A stretch of 64,000 nt of DNA, from contig NC_088860.1 in NCBI RefSeq assembly GCF_963853765.1, positions 372,001 through 436,000 of the forward strand, given 5' to 3'. Shown here one piece after another: positions 60,107 to 64,000 of the stretch. The notes under the pieces were generated by a model. That model was given only the letters and a program-made list of their open reading frames with translations, did not search any database and had not been told where the DNA came from. Every line of letters starts with the position of its first letter. The stretch's first letter is position 1. Made by a program: the position numbers and the translations under genes. The stretch comes from Magallana gigas (lineage: Eukaryota).

Positions 60107-63100
60107 GATGTTTTTGCTCCACTGTGATGGCCAGTCAATACACTAAAGTTATCTATCCTAAGTCACAGGATATTTATGCAGTACGTTTTCCTGAACTGTT
60201 CAGTTTTCATAAACACCTCTTGGTTCAAATGATTTTCATTCAACAAAGCAAAAAAATCTAAGGATATTTTGCTCCTTTGAAACAATTCTGCTATCTTGAT
60301 AGTTTGACCAAAAGCTATTAATAATGTTAGGTTTGTGGAAACAACAACATTGAAGTACTCAGATGATAATTTGAAATAATTGTGAGAGGTATTCCATGGA
60401 ACTTCCAAATAAGTTAATGTCTGATTTTTATATTTTTAAATCCCCATTTAGAGTCTTGTCAGTTTCTTAGGGTAAATAAGAAATAAAATGCCAATAAAGA
60501 ATTGTCAATTTTTTTCATAATCAATTTCAATTGTACTTATTTGACATACATGTGTATTTTCATTAAAAATCATCCTTATTAAAAATTCAAGTGCCTGAAA
60601 AGGTAAACTCCATGAGAGTGTACCAAAGAAGAGTTAGATCTTGATTATTTCACTTTATGCCTCTCTTTGGGTTTTTTTAAGTAAAAATGAATCATATCAA
60701 TCAGCTAAGTAATTTAGTACCAATACTTTATTTAAATGAAACTTCATCAAAAATATATCGTTCATTTATAATTTAATTAAATGCATTGATTTTTCATTTT
60801 TGTGCTTTGGCATTTAGATAGAGTGATATTAAATTCATGCATCAAGGAAATTTAAATTTTTTTACCTCTGAAAGGATTGAGTTTATTCCTAACTATGGGA
60901 CCATCATTATGCACATTCTCCGCTTACCATTCCTGTCATGTCAATAACAATGACAGACCATGGAAAACCATTTTTACAGACAGATATTAAAATCTTAGTT
61001 TTGATTTTGAGATGAAACTGTACCACAAATTTTTTTCTTTTTCTTCTGCATTCTTTTCTGGAAATAATGTTTTGTCTTTATATACTTTTCATGCTTTTTG
61101 AGCCCCTTAGTTTTGGTAAGAAATTATTAATAGACAATTACATGAGTATAGATAATCAGTCTGTTATTTCAATCCATATAGTATTTTATTGAGAACTTTC
61201 AAATTGATTCTGCTGATCTTGACTGGAAACCGGTTGTAATATACATAGTTATGTATTTACAAGCAGTGTGTACAACTGCTCCCAATGATTGTTTTCTAAA
61301 ACAAATCTTAACTAGAAAGTTAAACTAAATGCTACATGTATACATTTATTAAGATCAAGTATAATACTGAAATAGACATGAAATTCTAGAGAGAAAAATT
61401 AATTGTCTAACTAAAGCTGGAATCCTCAGTTTCTCTGTCTCTTCCTTCAACAGATTTATAGAGACAATACAAATTCATGTAATTAAATGAAAGAGAACAC
61501 CTGATATCTGAAGTAAACATCTGTGGATGTTTTACTACCTGAAGTGGTTTCTGTATAAATTGATGGGATTATGGCATAAAGCTATCATACAATATTGGGT
61601 GAAGCCATGTGAAGACTTGCTATCCTATCGCCAGGTACAGAGAGTGTCCTCCAACCAGTGAAATAATGATTCCCACTATTTTTAAGATCTCACTATTTAA
61701 TCAATATTGAAAATTGTAACCAGAAATTTCTTTCAACCAAATGCATCTGTGATGTTTGCAAAATAGTTTTTTCCTCAGTATGTACATTCATACACCAGTC
61801 ATAGACAGTGTGTTGAAATACAGAGGGTGTTAAATCAGTAGGTATAGAAGAGGGTACAAGGTTACTGTTAGCCTGCTTCCTGTTGGTAAAAATTTACAAC
61901 GAAGACTTGAACAGTAAATTACAATAAGGTAGTAAATCCTGAGGCAGCTGACTTTCCCATGATATCATGGCCCCATGGCATTTATATTACTTTATGATTT
62001 CTTTTTTAACATTGCTTGCACTTCATTTTTAATCATTATTGTCAATATTGATTAATAAGTTTAATCAAAGCAGTAGATAATAATGCAGAGTACCAAGAAC
62101 ACCGACTCATCAATATCAATAAAACACTTGGATGTAATTGAAATTTAGTGCGGTGTTTGTATCCCTGTTGCAGAGAGCAATAGTATTGGAATTGATAGAT
62201 TTCTTCTTTGTTCTGTGGGTGTCTATGTTCTCTCATCTTAGTTGAAATGATAGAGCTTGTCGCAGTAGTTTTATCAAGTCAGCTGTTTACTTTATTCACC
62301 TCCAGATTTTATAAATCTTTTCAGTTTTTCCTCTTCTACTTAAAAAACACCACAGATATTGGCTCTTTTCTACCTGTGGCTTCTTGATCACAGAGTATCC
62401 CACGCCTGTAAAATATACACATTGTGTGACTTCATGTTTATTCATTTGATCAATATGATTTTGTTAAATTATACAACAATAAAACAACATATATTATGGT
62501 AAACATATGTGGTAAACTTTATGTTTATTCAGGGGTCTCATTAAAAGTCAGTCCCTGACTTGGCTTTAGGGGTCTTGTTGAAAGTCAGTCCCTGACTTGC
62601 CGTTATTCACAGTGCTGCGTGGTCAATATTTTTATAACTATAAGAATTAACATGTACACATCTAGATGGGAGAGGGTAGTTGGTGATATATTGCTTGACT
62701 GCAGGGAAATGTTTGATACTGGCACATCTAGTTTAGGAAATATCTTACAAGATTATAACTTGTCTAATTACAATACAACTTGTCGAGCTTTACAACCTTT
62801 CTCAGCATTTGGACTCAATGTGTGATTTGTTCATGCCCTCTATTGCACGGATTAAAGCTTCACCATGTCTGACAGTTTGACTTTGTGTTGACAGATTACA
62901 GAACGCGGAGGGAATCATCTCGGACGGGCACAGTAATTACACCGAGGACAACAAGTGTATGTGGCTGGTGGACACCGGACAGAACCAGTCCCTGTGGTTC
63001 CAGTTCCACCAGTTCTCCACCGAGTGTGGATGGGACCACCTCTACATCTACGACGGAGACTCCGCCTTCGCTCCTTTACTGGCAGCTTTCAGGTATATAC

Positions 63101-64000
63101 TGGTAGTACGGACATTTTCCTCTCAATAACATGTTTCTAATAGGAGGGATGTTACAGTCTTCACTGCTTTTAAATTGGTTAGTACAATTTCAGTCACACC
63201 ATCTCCATTTTGTTAAAGCATTTCAGATTAGTTAGTTTCAATGGTTTTGTGTAGGAGGAAAAATAAAACATAAAAACAATAGTGTGGGAATTATGTGGAA
63301 CCAAGATTGTTTTGTTACTGTAGATATTTTGTATATTTTTTTGCAGTGGTCTAATACACAAGGATTACACAACAACCAATGAGCTGCAGGAGATTAGAAC
63401 TACCTCAGGGAAAGCTTTCCTGTATTTCTACAGTGATGCAGCATACAACATGTCAGGCTTCAATATTACCTACAGGTGAGATATTCAGTCAATTTTAAAT
63501 AAATAATACTATTACTGTAAATTCCTAATTTAAAGCGAGGAGTTAATATCCGCGTAAAATCGCGAGAAGCCGGTCTCGTGAATTCTAAAAATTCAGTCAA
63601 TTTTAAATAAATAATACTATTACTGTAAATTCCTAATTTAAAGCGAGAAATTAATATCCGCGTAAAATCGTGAGAAGCCCGCCTCGTGAATTCTAAAATC
63701 TCACTACATGAAACTATGATAAAATTTCTGCATTCGCGATTTGATGGAAAATCGTTGAATTGCAGAATTAAGTACTCGCATAAAATAAGAAGCTTCTTTT
63801 TTTAAATTTGTCCAAACAATGTACATTGTAAATATTATGCCATGTTTTACCCCCACCAGGAGTGGAGGTTGCCCTAAGAACTGTTCGGGACAAGGAGACT
63901 GTTCTGGGGACACATGTACTTGCCACCCAGGGTACAAAGGGAAGGACTGCAGTGACATTGTCTGTCCCAACAACTGCTCACAAAATGGAAACTGTATCAA
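59581..64000 (+). CDS. ATRN: Attractin / attractin-like protein, 5' part (signal peptide, EGF, CUB, EGF repeats; truncated by the window edge)
   Basis: Exons 59581-59786, 62895-63092, 63347-63475 and 63860 onward. Hydrophobic signal peptide, EGF (CECDTGWAPPQCKHC), CUB with FSTECGWDHLYIYDGDSAFAPLLAAFSG and FYSDAAYNMSGFNITY, then CPKNCSGQGDC EGF repeats, in attractin domain order. Confidence 0.9.
63483..63790. mobile_element. MITE of the same family, with a 108-bp tandem duplication of its left junction
   Basis: 63483-63590 is repeated at 63591-63698, including flanking intron sequence and the MITE left end. Confidence 0.65.

Overview
AT-rich eukaryotic genomic DNA. The repeat families resemble those known from bivalves such as oysters, which is inference. 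Three intron-rich genes could be assembled by hand from GT-AG junctions with consistent phase. (1) CFAP99 on the minus strand, ATG at 12919, 17 coding exons, running off the left edge. (2) A divergently transcribed NDRG-family alpha/beta-hydrolase-fold gene on the plus strand, 15665-47573, 13 coding exons, 358 aa. (3) The 5' end of attractin on the plus strand, from 59581 off the right edge. Introns and the intergenic region carry a 5'-truncated LINE with an uninterrupted RT ORF nested in a MITE, a frameshifted Tc1/mariner (DD34E), a MULE transposase relic, many MITEs with TA, TTAA, CWG, 8-bp and 9-bp target duplications, Helentron-like repeats and minisatellites. The most notable observations are: a perfect 108-bp-arm palindrome carrying two oppositely oriented minimal type I hammerhead ribozymes (54274-54497); minisatellites built from the genes' own splice junctions, including an in-frame 39-nt acceptor ladder and about 18 decoy donors; several unannotated-looking cassette, micro- and alternative terminal exons, one followed by an RBFOX motif cluster; and an inverted repeat pair bracketing the attractin promoter and exon 1. 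Everything was read by eye; no searches were run.
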